NCBI GenBank assembly: GCA_025059045.1
Contig: JANXEA010000002.1
Location: forward strand, 10,798-74,797
Length of the DNA: 64,000 bases
Direction of reading: 5' to 3'
DNA from: Candidatus Bathyarchaeota archaeon
Lineage (GTDB): Archaea > Thermoproteota > Bathyarchaeia > Bathyarchaeales > DTEX01
The translations under genes and the position numbers were made by a program. Below are positions 26,100-36,392 of the stretch, in pieces (position 1 is the first letter of the stretch; every line of letters starts with the position of its first letter). The notes beneath the pieces are model-generated. The model was given only the letters and a program-made list of their open reading frames with translations, was not told where the DNA came from and searched no databases.

Positions 26100-28163
26100 A
26101 TGAGCGAGGAAAGAATACATGCAAGGGTTTCCCCGATAGAGATCTTGGTGCTCATACTTCTGGCGTGGGTCTTCTTTTCTGTAGGCTACATTACAAGAAC
26201 TTTCTCACCAGCTAAATACTGGGTTGTAGACGGGATGTTCGTGCCATACATCTATGTGCTGCTCATCCTTGGGTTGATCGGTAAGCGTGGAATAAGAGGC
26301 AGAGGTGTTAGTAAAGAATTCGCGGTCTCCTTAGTCTTTGTATTAGCCATATTGACCGGAAAGTTTTTCTTCTTCGCGGGGTCGCCGGATGCCAATTTCA
26401 TAGACGTGATTGCTGGAACATACAGCAGCTGCATTGTAGCCCCCATCTTTCCATCAGGCGCTGCAGACTATGTTCGGCAACTACTGCCAGCGTGGCTGGC
26501 CCCACATTACGCAGAAGATGTCGCTAGCTACTATCGAGGAGGCGGCGGGCAGAACTGGTCTGTTCTGATAGGCCCAATAATCTCTTGGACGCTTCTGCTA
26601 ATCTCCGTCGTGCTAGTAACATGGCCCATGCTATTCCTAATACTTGGTCCATATTGGCATGACACGGAGAGGATACAGTTTCCTATGGCGCTGCCAGCGG
26701 TGTACCTCACTAATAACACATTTCCAGTTTCGGAGCATGATAATGCTGAATGGCTGTCAATCTTCAATCTTGCCAGTGCAAGAAACAAGGCTTTCTGGGC
26801 GGCTTTCTTAATCGGGTTGGTCCTTAATGTACCGTTCATAATCTCACAGGTTGCGCCACAGGTTCCACTCGGAGCGGTGGTCGGCGGAGGATACGGAACA
26901 TATCCAATCAACCTTGGCCCATACTTTAGCGGTATGCTTCCATCAGCTCATCTTTCGGGCCAGATCGTCGTATACCTAATTCTCCTATACGCTATCCTAC
27001 CATTAGACATTTCAGCTTCAATAGCTATCGTGGGAATGTTCTTCAGTCTAATCTACAGACCTCTCGTTGTAAGTTCAGGAATAGTCAGAGGCACGGATCC
27101 CGGTCAAGTCTGGCCCATTCCACATCTGGAGTTTAGGGTGGGCTCTTACATTGGTCTTGGGCTAATAGCATTCTGGGCTACTAGAGACAGATGGATAAAG
27201 GCTTTCAAGTCACTTAGCAGGGACTTCCAAGTCGACGGCGTCTCAATGAGGGCGGGAATGCTACTAATGTTTGCAGGCGTAATTATGATGCTGGGGATAC
27301 TGACAGCGGCGGGAGGAAATCTCTTCATGCAGATAATATGGTTCCTCCTCTTCACCCTTATAAACGTCGGATGCGCATACATATGGGCCAACTCGATATG
27401 GCTTGGTGGGGACTGCCATGGATACATGAGCTGGAGACTTGGACATTACATTGGCTCGAGCATCGGCGTATGGTCTGCTTCGGCGCCCCAAATGAACCAG
27501 GCTCTGGCGGTCTACAGTCTCTCATGCTCAAGCATGGGCCACTGCACCGGCGCATACCAGTCGAATAGCCCAATAGCCCCGCCCTTCATGGCAATAGCAT
27601 ACGGATATGCACGTGGCACTAACGCAAACATTAGGAAAGTCTTCCTCTACACAATAGTGCCCGTCATAGCGCTGGTTCCATTCGCATTGGTATTCAATAC
27701 ATATGTTAACAGCCACGCTGGAATAAGTAACCTTGGAGAATACAGCGGCAGCATTAGCTGGCTGGGAACGATTAGGGCTGTCCTCGACTGGGGCAACAGA
27801 AGCCTATCCTACGCGACAGGCGTAATGCCGTTCAGTCAATATTGGATAGCAACAATCATAGCGGCCGTGATAGTAATAGTGGTCGCAGCGCTCCGCTCAT
27901 TCCTTCCATGGTTCTTCCTACATCCAGTTGGCTTTGCAATCGGCTTCGCTGGGTTAGGAGGCTGGAACTTCTGGCTCAACGCCGTTGTAGGCATAGCCTT
28001 AAGGATTTCGCTAAGCAAGATTCTAGGTCCAAAGAGAACGATGGAATATCTAGTCCCGATTTTAGCTGGTCTGGCAATAGGCTTAGGTGCATTATACCTG
28101 ATCGTCGGCATCTATGTCCTCTGCACAAGTTCAATCCCGAATCTGTTGACGCTTTGGAAGTGA
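26100..28163 (+). CDS. Polytopic membrane protein, module B gene 1 (paralog of ORF 2410)
   Basis: A 687-aa hydrophobic ORF with motifs RGVSKEFAVSLVF and HDTERIQFPMALPAV at positions equivalent to ORF 2410. A T7 tract follows the stop. Confidence 0.8.
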   Translation: MSEERIHARVSPIEILVLILLAWVFFSVGYITRTFSPAKYWVVDGMFVPYIYVLLILGLIGKRGIRGRGVSKEFAVSLVFVLAILTGKFFFFAGSPDANFIDVIAGTYSSCIVAPIFPSGAADYVRQLLPAWLAPHYAEDVASYYRGGGGQNWSVLIGPIISWTLLLISVVLVTWPMLFLILGPYWHDTERIQFPMALPAVYLTNNTFPVSEHDNAEWLSIFNLASARNKAFWAAFLIGLVLNVPFIISQVAPQVPLGAVVGGGYGTYPINLGPYFSGMLPSAHLSGQIVVYLILLYAILPLDISASIAIVGMFFSLIYRPLVVSSGIVRGTDPGQVWPIPHLEFRVGSYIGLGLIAFWATRDRWIKAFKSLSRDFQVDGVSMRAGMLLMFAGVIMMLGILTAAGGNLFMQIIWFLLFTLINVGCAYIWANSIWLGGDCHGYMSWRLGHYIGSSIGVWSASAPQMNQALAVYSLSCSSMGHCTGAYQSNSPIAPPFMAIAYGYARGTNANIRKVFLYTIVPVIALVPFALVFNTYVNSHAGISNLGEYSGSISWLGTIRAVLDWGNRSLSYATGVMPFSQYWIATIIAAVIVIVVAALRSFLPWFFLHPVGFAIGFAGLGGWNFWLNAVVGIALRISLSKILGPKRTMEYLVPILAGLAIGLGALYLIVGIYVLCTSSIPNLLTLWK

Positions 28164-28183
28164 TCAATCGCTTCCACCCATTA

Positions 28184-28190
28184 TTTTTTT
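28184..28190 (+). terminator. Oligo-T tract after module B gene 1
   Basis: ccattaTTTTTTTaat lies 21 nt after the stop. It mirrors the T7 tract after module A gene 1. Confidence 0.35.
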
Positions 28191-28308
28191 AATGCCTCAA
28201 CCGTTTGAGGGTGTCCAATGAAGTTGAATAGCAAAATTCTTAAGATCCTGCAAATGATTATACCGAAGGAAGCCGCCTAGTTCCAACATACGGCTAGAGA
28301 GTGGATGA

Positions 28309-30210
28309 ATGAAGCCGAAGACGGGGCTAAGTTGGCGGATCATTCTGGCGATGGTAACATCGATCTTCCTCTTCATTCCAGTCAACATCTACTCATACTT
28401 TATTACTGGTGTTGTTCAAGGGTCCGTGGCGGTCTTCTTCATAACGCTGGTATTCTCGGAGATTGTCAGGCTTACTGGCTCAAATCTTTCAAGACAGGAG
28501 GTTCTCATACTATACTACGCAGCAGCTTGGGGAGGCACCGCGATGCCAATATACTACAACATAATTTATAGAACATTTTTTGTTAACTCGCCGCTTATCA
28601 GCTCCTACTCCATCTCCGGGAGACCGCTTATCGAGTATATTCCCACATGGCTTGTTCCTCTTCCCGGATCATACTCTGCCCGCACATTCTTTCAACCAGC
28701 TTTCTTAACGCCGCTTATCGTATGGTTCGTTTGGAGCGTCCTAATGCTGGCCATTACAATCTTCCTCTCAATAATGGCCTCCCACATCTACGTTGAGAGA
28801 CTGAATTATCCATTCCCATACGCTGTTGTAGATGCTTCGATAGCGACCTTTCTAGGCGAGAGACCGAGAGAATATGTGAAGTACTTTATTCCCGCGTTCA
28901 CCGTCGGCGTCATTTTCGGTTCGATAGCCTATCTGCCCCTTTCATTCGGCGGCGTGCTCATACCAATACCATATCTTGACCTAACAGGCATTATAGAGGA
29001 GATGCTTCCTGGAGCCCTCTTAGGGCTAGTCACCGTCTTATCATCATATTTTGGGGGGCTAATTGTACCAGTTAACCAGACAATCCCAATGCTCATCTCC
29101 TCCATCTTAATATGGATTATCATGAATTCGCTCTTCATAACAACCTTTCCTGGGGCAGCTCCAGAATGGGTTAGAGAATACTCGAAGGGAATGGGGCTTA
29201 TTGCCGTCCAGAACCGATCATATCTTCGGATATGGTTTGCACCGCAGATAGGCTTCACAATCGCCGCCTCAGCCTTCCTCATTCTCTTCGAGGCTAGGAA
29301 GCCGATAGTTGAAGCCCTAAAGGAGATGTTCCATGCAGGGGGCTCCGAGCAGCCTGGAGTAATGGTTGGGCTACCATCGCTTAGAGTGTCATTTCTTTTA
29401 TGGTTGTTATTTGGCTGCTTATCTGTAGTCTATTTCCACATTCTTGTACCCGAAGTCAGTCTCCTAATACCCATCCTCTACGTGTTCCTTTTCGGTTTCT
29501 TCATAGCAATGGTTGTAACCGCGTTTAGAGGTGAGACGGGTTTTTCTGTTCCTGGGCTTCCAGGATGGACTTGGCACACACTAATATACTTCTCACCATA
29601 TCAAGGATACGCCGGCTTCATATTAGAGCCTCCGGCAATAGACTCTGGCGGGCCAGCGTACTTTTCCCAGCAGGTTAAGGCATCGTCAAACGTGGGTGCA
29701 AGGCCCAGAGACCTTCTCATAGTATGGGTGCTTGGATACTTCCTTTCCCAGTTATCCGGTCTCATCTCGCTGGATTTCTTCTGGAGAATAGCGCCAATCC
29801 CGTCATCTGCATACCCCTTCACAGTCTACAGCGCGCTTAGCTCCGCATATAACGATGCGATGATTGTGTCTAGACAATTGAAAATAACCTTAGAGAGCAT
29901 AGGATTGCCGGCGCTAGCCCTGTTCGTGGCCTTGATAATCGGGGATCAGATCTCAAGGGTAATAGGCCTTTCTTTTCCGATTGTGGGCTTAGTTATGGGT
30001 TTATACCTTCCTCCCCACTCCGTTATCCCACTCTTCATCGGATCCCTGGTCAGCCGATACCTAGCCCCTAAACTTTTCGGCGGGGCGGAAAGATGGCGGT
30101 GTATAATGGGCTATATTGTTGCAGGAGAGCTTTCAGGAGAAGGTTTAATGCTTATGCTTAACGTTGTCCTAGCTCTCATGTATAAGTCGGCGTGGATGTG
30201 GCCATGGTGA
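28309..30210 (+). CDS. Polytopic membrane protein, module B gene 2 (paralog of ORF 4790)
   Basis: 633 aa. It aligns with ORF 4790 along its length (SRQEVLILYYAAAWGG, ERLNYPFPYAVVDASIATF, PGALLGLVTVLSSYFGGLIVP versus PGAVIGISTDISSYLLGFIVP). Its 3' end overlaps the next gene by 19 nt. Confidence 0.8.
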   Translation: MKPKTGLSWRIILAMVTSIFLFIPVNIYSYFITGVVQGSVAVFFITLVFSEIVRLTGSNLSRQEVLILYYAAAWGGTAMPIYYNIIYRTFFVNSPLISSYSISGRPLIEYIPTWLVPLPGSYSARTFFQPAFLTPLIVWFVWSVLMLAITIFLSIMASHIYVERLNYPFPYAVVDASIATFLGERPREYVKYFIPAFTVGVIFGSIAYLPLSFGGVLIPIPYLDLTGIIEEMLPGALLGLVTVLSSYFGGLIVPVNQTIPMLISSILIWIIMNSLFITTFPGAAPEWVREYSKGMGLIAVQNRSYLRIWFAPQIGFTIAASAFLILFEARKPIVEALKEMFHAGGSEQPGVMVGLPSLRVSFLLWLLFGCLSVVYFHILVPEVSLLIPILYVFLFGFFIAMVVTAFRGETGFSVPGLPGWTWHTLIYFSPYQGYAGFILEPPAIDSGGPAYFSQQVKASSNVGARPRDLLIVWVLGYFLSQLSGLISLDFFWRIAPIPSSAYPFTVYSALSSAYNDAMIVSRQLKITLESIGLPALALFVALIIGDQISRVIGLSFPIVGLVMGLYLPPHSVIPLFIGSLVSRYLAPKLFGGAERWRCIMGYIVAGELSGEGLMLMLNVVLALMYKSAWMWPW

Positions 30211-33200
30211 AGCATGCTCTAGATTGTGGAAAGATCTCGGCGTTGGCACTAGCGGTAACCTTCATTCTCTCCTGGAGCCCGGTTTGTTGCGGAGCAATCG
30301 AGGCGGGATCACGCATAGGCGGTGGTGCAGCATGGGTAATCGTCGATGACATAAGCCTTGATAATATTAAGTCGCATGTCAAATTCTTCTCTTCTCTGGG
30401 GACAAGGGTTACAGGTTATGAGGGATGCAGGCTTGCATCTGAGTATATAGAGTTGTTTTTCAGAGATCTAGGGCTCCAAGTGCTGGTTCACGATTACTGG
30501 ACGCCGATCCCAAAAGATGAGGGCTCATACATCATTGTTAATGATGGTGCTAATGCAGGTTCAAATTTCACTGCATACTCTCTCTGGCCTAACGGTGGGC
30601 TCTCATGCATCTCAGGAGGGTTCAAGGGTAAGATAATTTATTGTGGAGAAGGTACGCTCGAAGAGATGAGCGGCCTAGACGTCAATGGCTCTATAATATT
30701 ACTCGACTTTAACTCTGGAAGAAACTGGATCAATGCTGCTAAGCTGGGAGCGAAAGCAGTAATCTTCATTGAGCCTTCATTCACCACGAAATATGAGGCG
30801 CTTGCTAAGGGTTCACTTTCTCCACTTGAGTTTCCGCGACTATATGTTAAAAGGGATGTGGGGCTGAAACTTAAGGAGGTGGCTGACAGCAATGGCACGG
30901 TCACAGTACATGTAAGAATGCGATGGGTGAATGCTGAGGCAAGAAATATTGTCGGAATCCTGGAGGGTGACAGCAAAGAAGACGTTGTAATTTTCTCTGC
31001 CCATTATGACTCATGGAGCATAGTACCTGCTATTTCGCCATCATCTGAAGACTCCATAGGCATCTCCATCCTCCTTGAGATGGCAAGATACTTCAAGATG
31101 CACAAGCCCAGGGCAACAATATGGTTTGTTGCCTATTCAGGCCACTGGGAAGGAACCGTCGGAGCTGTAAAGTTCGTGGAGGATACTCTCTTGAGCTCCA
31201 ATAAGAGAATTTGGATCCAGCTGGGTCTAGATATTTCAAGCGAATCGCCAAAAATGGATTGTCTATATGTAAGTTCAGTCTACGGATCAATGGAGCCTAG
31301 CTATGCTTGGGGGGCTGGTGAAAGAAACACGATCTTCGCCCTAACGCAAACTTATGTGCAGAGATTTTACCCGCTAAGATCCTGGTTCCAGAGATTACTC
31401 GACGTGTCGATTAGAGACCTAAGATTAGAAAATTATGTTCCGGAAGATGTTAAGAAACTGGTTAATCTTGTCAATTTCGGCCTTACATATGAATCCAGAT
31501 TCGGCACCCAAGACGATTTCTACATGCTTGACACGGAACCAGCATTGTCGGCCTCGATGATGTCGGTTACATTAAAGACTCAGTATGGTAGGAGGATCTC
31601 TTGGCTCAGCCCACTTGACCAAGGTATAGACTGGACAAAGATTTGGCCACAGGTCATAACTGCCACGACACTGGCTCAAGGAATTGCTAACAGAAACTTT
31701 GATGTTGATCCTCCTTACGCCTACAGCGACGTCTCGCCTAAAAGATGGTCTCAGCTCCAATTTGGGCTGGCATCTATGGGTTATAGTACACTTTCGGGTA
31801 AGACTGTTGAATTCAGCAATTACACTGGCTGGTATGAGCCAGTGCCATGCTCCCTCGTTAGGCTGCAGATATATGAGAGCCAAGCCCTGAATGCATGGCC
31901 ATTCGCATACAGGTACACGATCAGCGGAGAGGATGGAGGATTCGTTTTTCATGGGCTGGTGCCCCTAGTCTCATGGCAGATCGATGCGTGGAAGTTTAAC
32001 CCTATAAGTGGGTCTGTCGAGTATGCTGTTGATCAGGGATTTTATGGCACCGCGCAGCAGGTTGCAGGCGGGCTCCGAACAACCGTGTTTCCTATCACGC
32101 CAAATGTAAGCGCGCTTGTTCCACTGTTCAAATGTAAGCATGTTACACTCTTCGATATGATTGACTATTTCGGCCTTACGGAGTTAATTGTGAGAGATTA
32201 TAGAAACCCAAACCACAGCTACCTGAACATGTACATATCTTCGGCGACGAGATTTGCCGCGCTTTCAGGAGGTATAGGCGTCTATGGTTTTGGATTAGGC
32301 ATCTACGCTACAGACTCAAAATCTTCACCAATCTTTTATGGCGCATTTATGGGGGCTGATGGGATAGCCAACATATACGTGAAGGAAGGAGAGAAGATAA
32401 CCGTCGCCTTTAACCCTAACTCAGATGCATACTCCTGGCCCACCATGCTAATGTCAAATAGCACGGCAGACAATCCCGAAGGAAATGGAATCACGGTCTC
32501 AGAGAATGTTGTGGTCACATTGACGGTTTACCGTGCTGCGTTGGATATGTACCGAATAGCCAAGAGCAGATATGAGAGCTTCGCCAAGTTCAATATTCGG
32601 GTAGCCTTTGCCGAGCAGATGCTTGAAAAAGCCCTCAAATATATAATTATGGCGAACAACTCATATTCGGCAAAGGATTATGAGGGCATATACGCCAATT
32701 CATACCGAGCCCTACAATACTCCTATAATGCCTACGCAAACGCCGCCATGCCCCTATACCATGAGGCTGCAAACTCTCTAATCTTCTTCTCCCTACTAAT
32801 CCTCCCATACTCCGTGCTTCTCGAAAAGATGATTATCCAGTTAAGATCATCTAAGAGGTTTATAGGGATCCTCGGCTTTGCACTCCTGACCTTCGGCATC
32901 TACTCAGCGGTTCACCCAGCGTTCTCAGTCATGACGAATTCACTGATGACCGTGATAAGCGTCGGCGTATTCATCCTGCTGGCTGCGATACTCGTTATAT
33001 TCCTAACCGAGCTGAAAGATCTGGTTGAAGCGGTCAGCGTGAGCCTCCTAGGTGAGCATATCTTCAAGACAGGTCGAGTATCAACGATAATGCATACTAT
33101 CACATACTCTGTTGAGAGTATGCGAAAAAGAAAGATGCTGTCAGCATTGGCCATGATAACCATAACATTTGTTACGGCTGCTATGACAGCTTTCACCTCA

Positions 33201-34784
33201 GCATCGCAGGGATATGCAACAGTTAAGGGGCAGAGCATCCTAAGCGCGCCGTATGATGGCGTGTTACTCAAGGTCATGTATGGGTTTCCGCCGGAGGAGA
33301 GAGGAAAAATATTTGACATAAACACGGTCAACTATTTGAAGTGGATCGCAGGCGACGACTATGAAATTTCGCCTAGGGTCTGGCTTTACCCACAAACCCA
33401 AAGCCCCGAGCTGATGCCAGTAGCGGAGATCGAAGCCTCTGGAAAAGGAGCAGTCCGGTCGCAACTCGTATTCCTAGGGCTGTCATCAAAAGAGCTGCAG
33501 CTAATATTCGGGGGATACATAAGCGGTAGCAGCATCTTTATAGGGAGATACGATTGTATAATGCCAAAGAGTCTAGCTGACCACTTAAAGATCAACGTTA
33601 AGGACTCTGTAACCATTAGGGGGCTGGACGCAAAGTTTACAGTGGTCGGGATAATGGATGTTCAGGGACAGGTGCTAGATTTTGATGGAAACCCCATCTT
33701 TCCAATAGACCCGGGCTTCTCAACCGATCTTTCCCTATCATCCACCCTATATCCGCAGACGATTCTTCCCTCACCAGTTTCGCCTGATCAGGTAGTTATA
33801 ATACCTTGGGAGACGGCATTGGAGCTAGGCGGCTTCATCTCGAGCATAGCGTTAACGCCGAAAACTGAGAGGTCTCTCCATGAACTTGAAGAGATAGCGG
33901 CCGATATTACCACCTGCACGAATCTATCCACCTATGTTGGCTATAATGGAGAATCATATGGCTTGCAGAGATTATTTGTCTTCCACTTTGCTGGATGGGA
34001 TGCAACTATAACTGTTCTTCTGGCATTGGCTCTGCTTTCACTGGTGAATTTTATGCTGGGAACATTGATCACAAGAAAAAGAGATGTTCATGTTTATTCG
34101 ACTATCGGACTGTCGCCGGGAGGGGTTATAGTTGTATTCATGACTGAAGGTGTCACATTAGCCTTCAGCGGAATACTTGCGGGTTACCTGATCGGCTATG
34201 CAATGAACACGGTCTTCATAAACATGAATCTGCTTCCTCCGGACTACACATTCAATTTCATGTCAATATCCGTGATGTTATCGATGATACTGATTATAGC
34301 GACTGTCCTATTGGCGTCGCTGTATCCCGCGCTTTTAGCATCCAAGATAGTTACGCCTTCGCTGGAGAGGAGATGGAAGATTGCTACAAAGCCTATGGGG
34401 GACGTATGGGAGGTTCCGATACCATTAAAGGTGGAGCATTTTGAGGCGTTGGGTGTACTAAGGTACCTGAGGGAGTACTATGAAGGAGCCGGAAGCGAAA
34501 AGACAGGCTTCCTCGTGCTCTCCGTCTCCGACATTAACATAAATGACCTGGAATTATCGGTCGACGTGATACTTAGTCCAGTCGAACAAGATATTACTCA
34601 GACGGCTGTCTTTAAAGCTAAGAAGGAGGAGGACAAGTATCAGTTTTTCATTATTTTGAGGCGGAAGACAGGAGATCCTAAAATGTGGCTTAATAGGACT
34701 AGGACATTCCTAGATGATGCCAGAAAACAGTTCCTGTTATGGAAAGGCCTCTTACCTGAGCAGAGAAGGAAATATGTATCATAG
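30192..34784 (+). CDS. Giant chimeric envelope protein, module B gene 3 (paralog of ORF 6740): PA/M28-like ectodomain, 3 TM, MacB/FtsX permease module, conserved C-terminal domain
   Basis: 1530 aa.
- GSIILLDFNSGRNWINAAKLGAKAVIF.
- RNIVGILEGDSKEDVVIFSAHYDSWSIVPAISPSSEDSIGISILLEMARYF.
- VESMRKRKMLSALAMITITFVTAAMTAF (~nt 33111).
- TRKRDVHVYSTIGLSPGGVIVVFMTEGVTLAFSGILAGYLIG.
- C-terminal domain VTPSLERRWKIATKPMGDVWEVPIPL (nt 34350 to the end). Confidence 0.85.
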   Translation: MDVAMVKHALDCGKISALALAVTFILSWSPVCCGAIEAGSRIGGGAAWVIVDDISLDNIKSHVKFFSSLGTRVTGYEGCRLASEYIELFFRDLGLQVLVHDYWTPIPKDEGSYIIVNDGANAGSNFTAYSLWPNGGLSCISGGFKGKIIYCGEGTLEEMSGLDVNGSIILLDFNSGRNWINAAKLGAKAVIFIEPSFTTKYEALAKGSLSPLEFPRLYVKRDVGLKLKEVADSNGTVTVHVRMRWVNAEARNIVGILEGDSKEDVVIFSAHYDSWSIVPAISPSSEDSIGISILLEMARYFKMHKPRATIWFVAYSGHWEGTVGAVKFVEDTLLSSNKRIWIQLGLDISSESPKMDCLYVSSVYGSMEPSYAWGAGERNTIFALTQTYVQRFYPLRSWFQRLLDVSIRDLRLENYVPEDVKKLVNLVNFGLTYESRFGTQDDFYMLDTEPALSASMMSVTLKTQYGRRISWLSPLDQGIDWTKIWPQVITATTLAQGIANRNFDVDPPYAYSDVSPKRWSQLQFGLASMGYSTLSGKTVEFSNYTGWYEPVPCSLVRLQIYESQALNAWPFAYRYTISGEDGGFVFHGLVPLVSWQIDAWKFNPISGSVEYAVDQGFYGTAQQVAGGLRTTVFPITPNVSALVPLFKCKHVTLFDMIDYFGLTELIVRDYRNPNHSYLNMYISSATRFAALSGGIGVYGFGLGIYATDSKSSPIFYGAFMGADGIANIYVKEGEKITVAFNPNSDAYSWPTMLMSNSTADNPEGNGITVSENVVVTLTVYRAALDMYRIAKSRYESFAKFNIRVAFAEQMLEKALKYIIMANNSYSAKDYEGIYANSYRALQYSYNAYANAAMPLYHEAANSLIFFSLLILPYSVLLEKMIIQLRSSKRFIGILGFALLTFGIYSAVHPAFSVMTNSLMTVISVGVFILLAAILVIFLTELKDLVEAVSVSLLGEHIFKTGRVSTIMHTITYSVESMRKRKMLSALAMITITFVTAAMTAFTSASQGYATVKGQSILSAPYDGVLLKVMYGFPPEERGKIFDINTVNYLKWIAGDDYEISPRVWLYPQTQSPELMPVAEIEASGKGAVRSQLVFLGLSSKELQLIFGGYISGSSIFIGRYDCIMPKSLADHLKINVKDSVTIRGLDAKFTVVGIMDVQGQVLDFDGNPIFPIDPGFSTDLSLSSTLYPQTILPSPVSPDQVVIIPWETALELGGFISSIALTPKTERSLHELEEIAADITTCTNLSTYVGYNGESYGLQRLFVFHFAGWDATITVLLALALLSLVNFMLGTLITRKRDVHVYSTIGLSPGGVIVVFMTEGVTLAFSGILAGYLIGYAMNTVFINMNLLPPDYTFNFMSISVMLSMILIIATVLLASLYPALLASKIVTPSLERRWKIATKPMGDVWEVPIPLKVEHFEALGVLRYLREYYEGAGSEKTGFLVLSVSDININDLELSVDVILSPVEQDITQTAVFKAKKEEDKYQFFIILRRKTGDPKMWLNRTRTFLDDARKQFLLWKGLLPEQRRKYVS

Positions 34785-34808
34785 ACCTACGCTTAGGGTG
34801 ATGTAAAA

Positions 34809-35591
34809 CTATTTTCCAAACCTTCTCTTGCGCTTCTGAAATGTTCTTATCGCTCTTAGAAGATCTATCTTTCTGAACTCAGGCCAGTATACGTCTAGGA
34901 AGCATAGCTCGCTGTATGCGGACTGGTAGAGCAGGAAGCCGCTCAATCTTTCTTCGCCTGATGTTCTGATTATTAGGTCTGGATCCTGTTTTGGAAGATG
35001 CGCTGTGTAAAGGTATTTCTCGAAGAGGTTTTCGTTTATTTCATCTACTGTAAGCCTATTCTCCTTCGCTTCCATCGCGATCTTCTTTGCGGCGTCGACG
35101 ATTTCCGCCCTGCCGCCGTAGGCCATTGCAATGTTCAAGAAGTGTTCGTTATAGTCCTTAGTCATCTCTTCAACCTTTCTGACTAGCTCCTGAATCTGCG
35201 GGGGAAGCATATTCAGTCTTCCTATAGCTTTGACCTTTACCCTGTGCCTATGTATGTCCTCATTCCTTAATGTCTGCTCAAGCCTCTCCTTAAAGATCCT
35301 CATTAGCTCTTCAACCTCATCCTTAGGTCGACTGAAGTTTTCGGTGGAGAAGGCGTAAAGGGTGACGGTCTTAACGCCTAGCTCTAAGCACCACCTCAGT
35401 AGATCTTCCGTCTTGTCCGCTCCGTAATGGTGGCCTATGCTAGGGTTTAGGGAATGGTTTACAGCCCATCTCCTGTTTCCATCGAGGATTATGGCTATGT
35501 GCTCAGGCATCTGCGCATCCTTTATCTGATGCCAGAGCCACCGCTCATATAGGCGGTAGACGCCAAGGATTGAGAGGAGGGTCTTAAGCAT
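34809..35591 (-). CDS. uppS: cis-prenyltransferase (undecaprenyl/polyprenyl diphosphate synthase)
   Basis: 260 aa with PEHIAIILDGNRRWA and RTSGEERLSGFLLYQSAYSELCFLDVYWPEF, the canonical UppS motifs. Confidence 0.9.
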   Translation of the reverse strand: MLKTLLSILGVYRLYERWLWHQIKDAQMPEHIAIILDGNRRWAVNHSLNPSIGHHYGADKTEDLLRWCLELGVKTVTLYAFSTENFSRPKDEVEELMRIFKERLEQTLRNEDIHRHRVKVKAIGRLNMLPPQIQELVRKVEEMTKDYNEHFLNIAMAYGGRAEIVDAAKKIAMEAKENRLTVDEINENLFEKYLYTAHLPKQDPDLIIRTSGEERLSGFLLYQSAYSELCFLDVYWPEFRKIDLLRAIRTFQKRKRRFGK

Positions 35592-35597
35592 TTCCTG

Positions 35598-36392
35598 TTA
35601 ACCTACCTTGGATCCACTTAAAGCCTCTGAGCAGAGACAGTTCCTAACATCTGAGATTCGAGATATAGCGCCTTCTATAACCTTTCTGATCTGAGGCATC
35701 ACAGATTTTGAAGCCTCTAAAACTTCATTCGAAGTAAGCCTCTCAGATATCCCCGCAGCCATATTTGAAACGAAACATAATGATGCGTAACATATCCCGA
35801 GTTCACGGGCGAGAGCCGCCTCGGGCGCCACGGTCATGCCAACCACATCGCAGCCTAGGATCCGGAGCATCCGTATCTCGGCCGGGGTCTCGAAGCGTGG
35901 GCCCTCAGTGCAGGCATAGACAGCCATGTCCCAGACTCTGGAGCCAGTTTTCTTCGCCTCTTCCGCTAGGATTCCGCGTAGATAGGGGCAGAAAGGCTCT
36001 GAAAAATCTATGTGCACAGCTGAATCATCGAAGAACGTTGATGGTCTTTGCCTTGTGAAGTCGATTAGGTCGTGAGGTATCACTAGGTCTGTAGGTTTAA
36101 GGTCTAAGTTGATTGCGCCGACAGCATTTGTTGCTATTATCCTCTTTACGCCGAGCGTATGGAGCGCGTAGATGTTGGCTCGGTAATTCACCCGATGCGG
36201 AGGGGCTGAATGTTCATGGCCGTGGCGTGGAAGAAAAATGACGCTTCTGCCTTGGGTCTCCCCTACCGATATTGGAGGCGGAAGCCCATATGGTGTTCCT
36301 ACACGTATTGTGTGGGGGGTTTTCAGTAGAGATTCTAGCCCAGTTCCACCGATTATGGCGACCCTAATCCCTCCTTTCTCACTGGGGGACAT
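35598..36392 (-). CDS. mtnP: S-methyl-5'-thioadenosine phosphorylase
   Basis: 264 aa with IIGGTGL, FLPRHGHEHSAPPHRVNYRANIYALHTLGVKRIIATNAVG and CTEGPRFETPAE. Confidence 0.85.
   Translation of the reverse strand: MSPSEKGGIRVAIIGGTGLESLLKTPHTIRVGTPYGLPPPISVGETQGRSVIFLPRHGHEHSAPPHRVNYRANIYALHTLGVKRIIATNAVGAINLDLKPTDLVIPHDLIDFTRQRPSTFFDDSAVHIDFSEPFCPYLRGILAEEAKKTGSRVWDMAVYACTEGPRFETPAEIRMLRILGCDVVGMTVAPEAALARELGICYASLCFVSNMAAGISERLTSNEVLEASKSVMPQIRKVIEGAISRISDVRNCLCSEALSGSKVG

Noticed and set aside
27146-27716. A cluster of six overlapping 60-90-aa ORFs on both strands inside module B gene 1.
   Set aside because: This is a locally GC-richer stretch of a continuous 687-aa membrane ORF. None has independent support.
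28305-28571. An alternative-frame 88-aa ORF at the start of module B gene 2.
   Set aside because: The 28309 frame continues for 633 aa of TM-rich sequence homologous to ORF 4790. The 28305 frame is Arg/His-rich and dies quickly.
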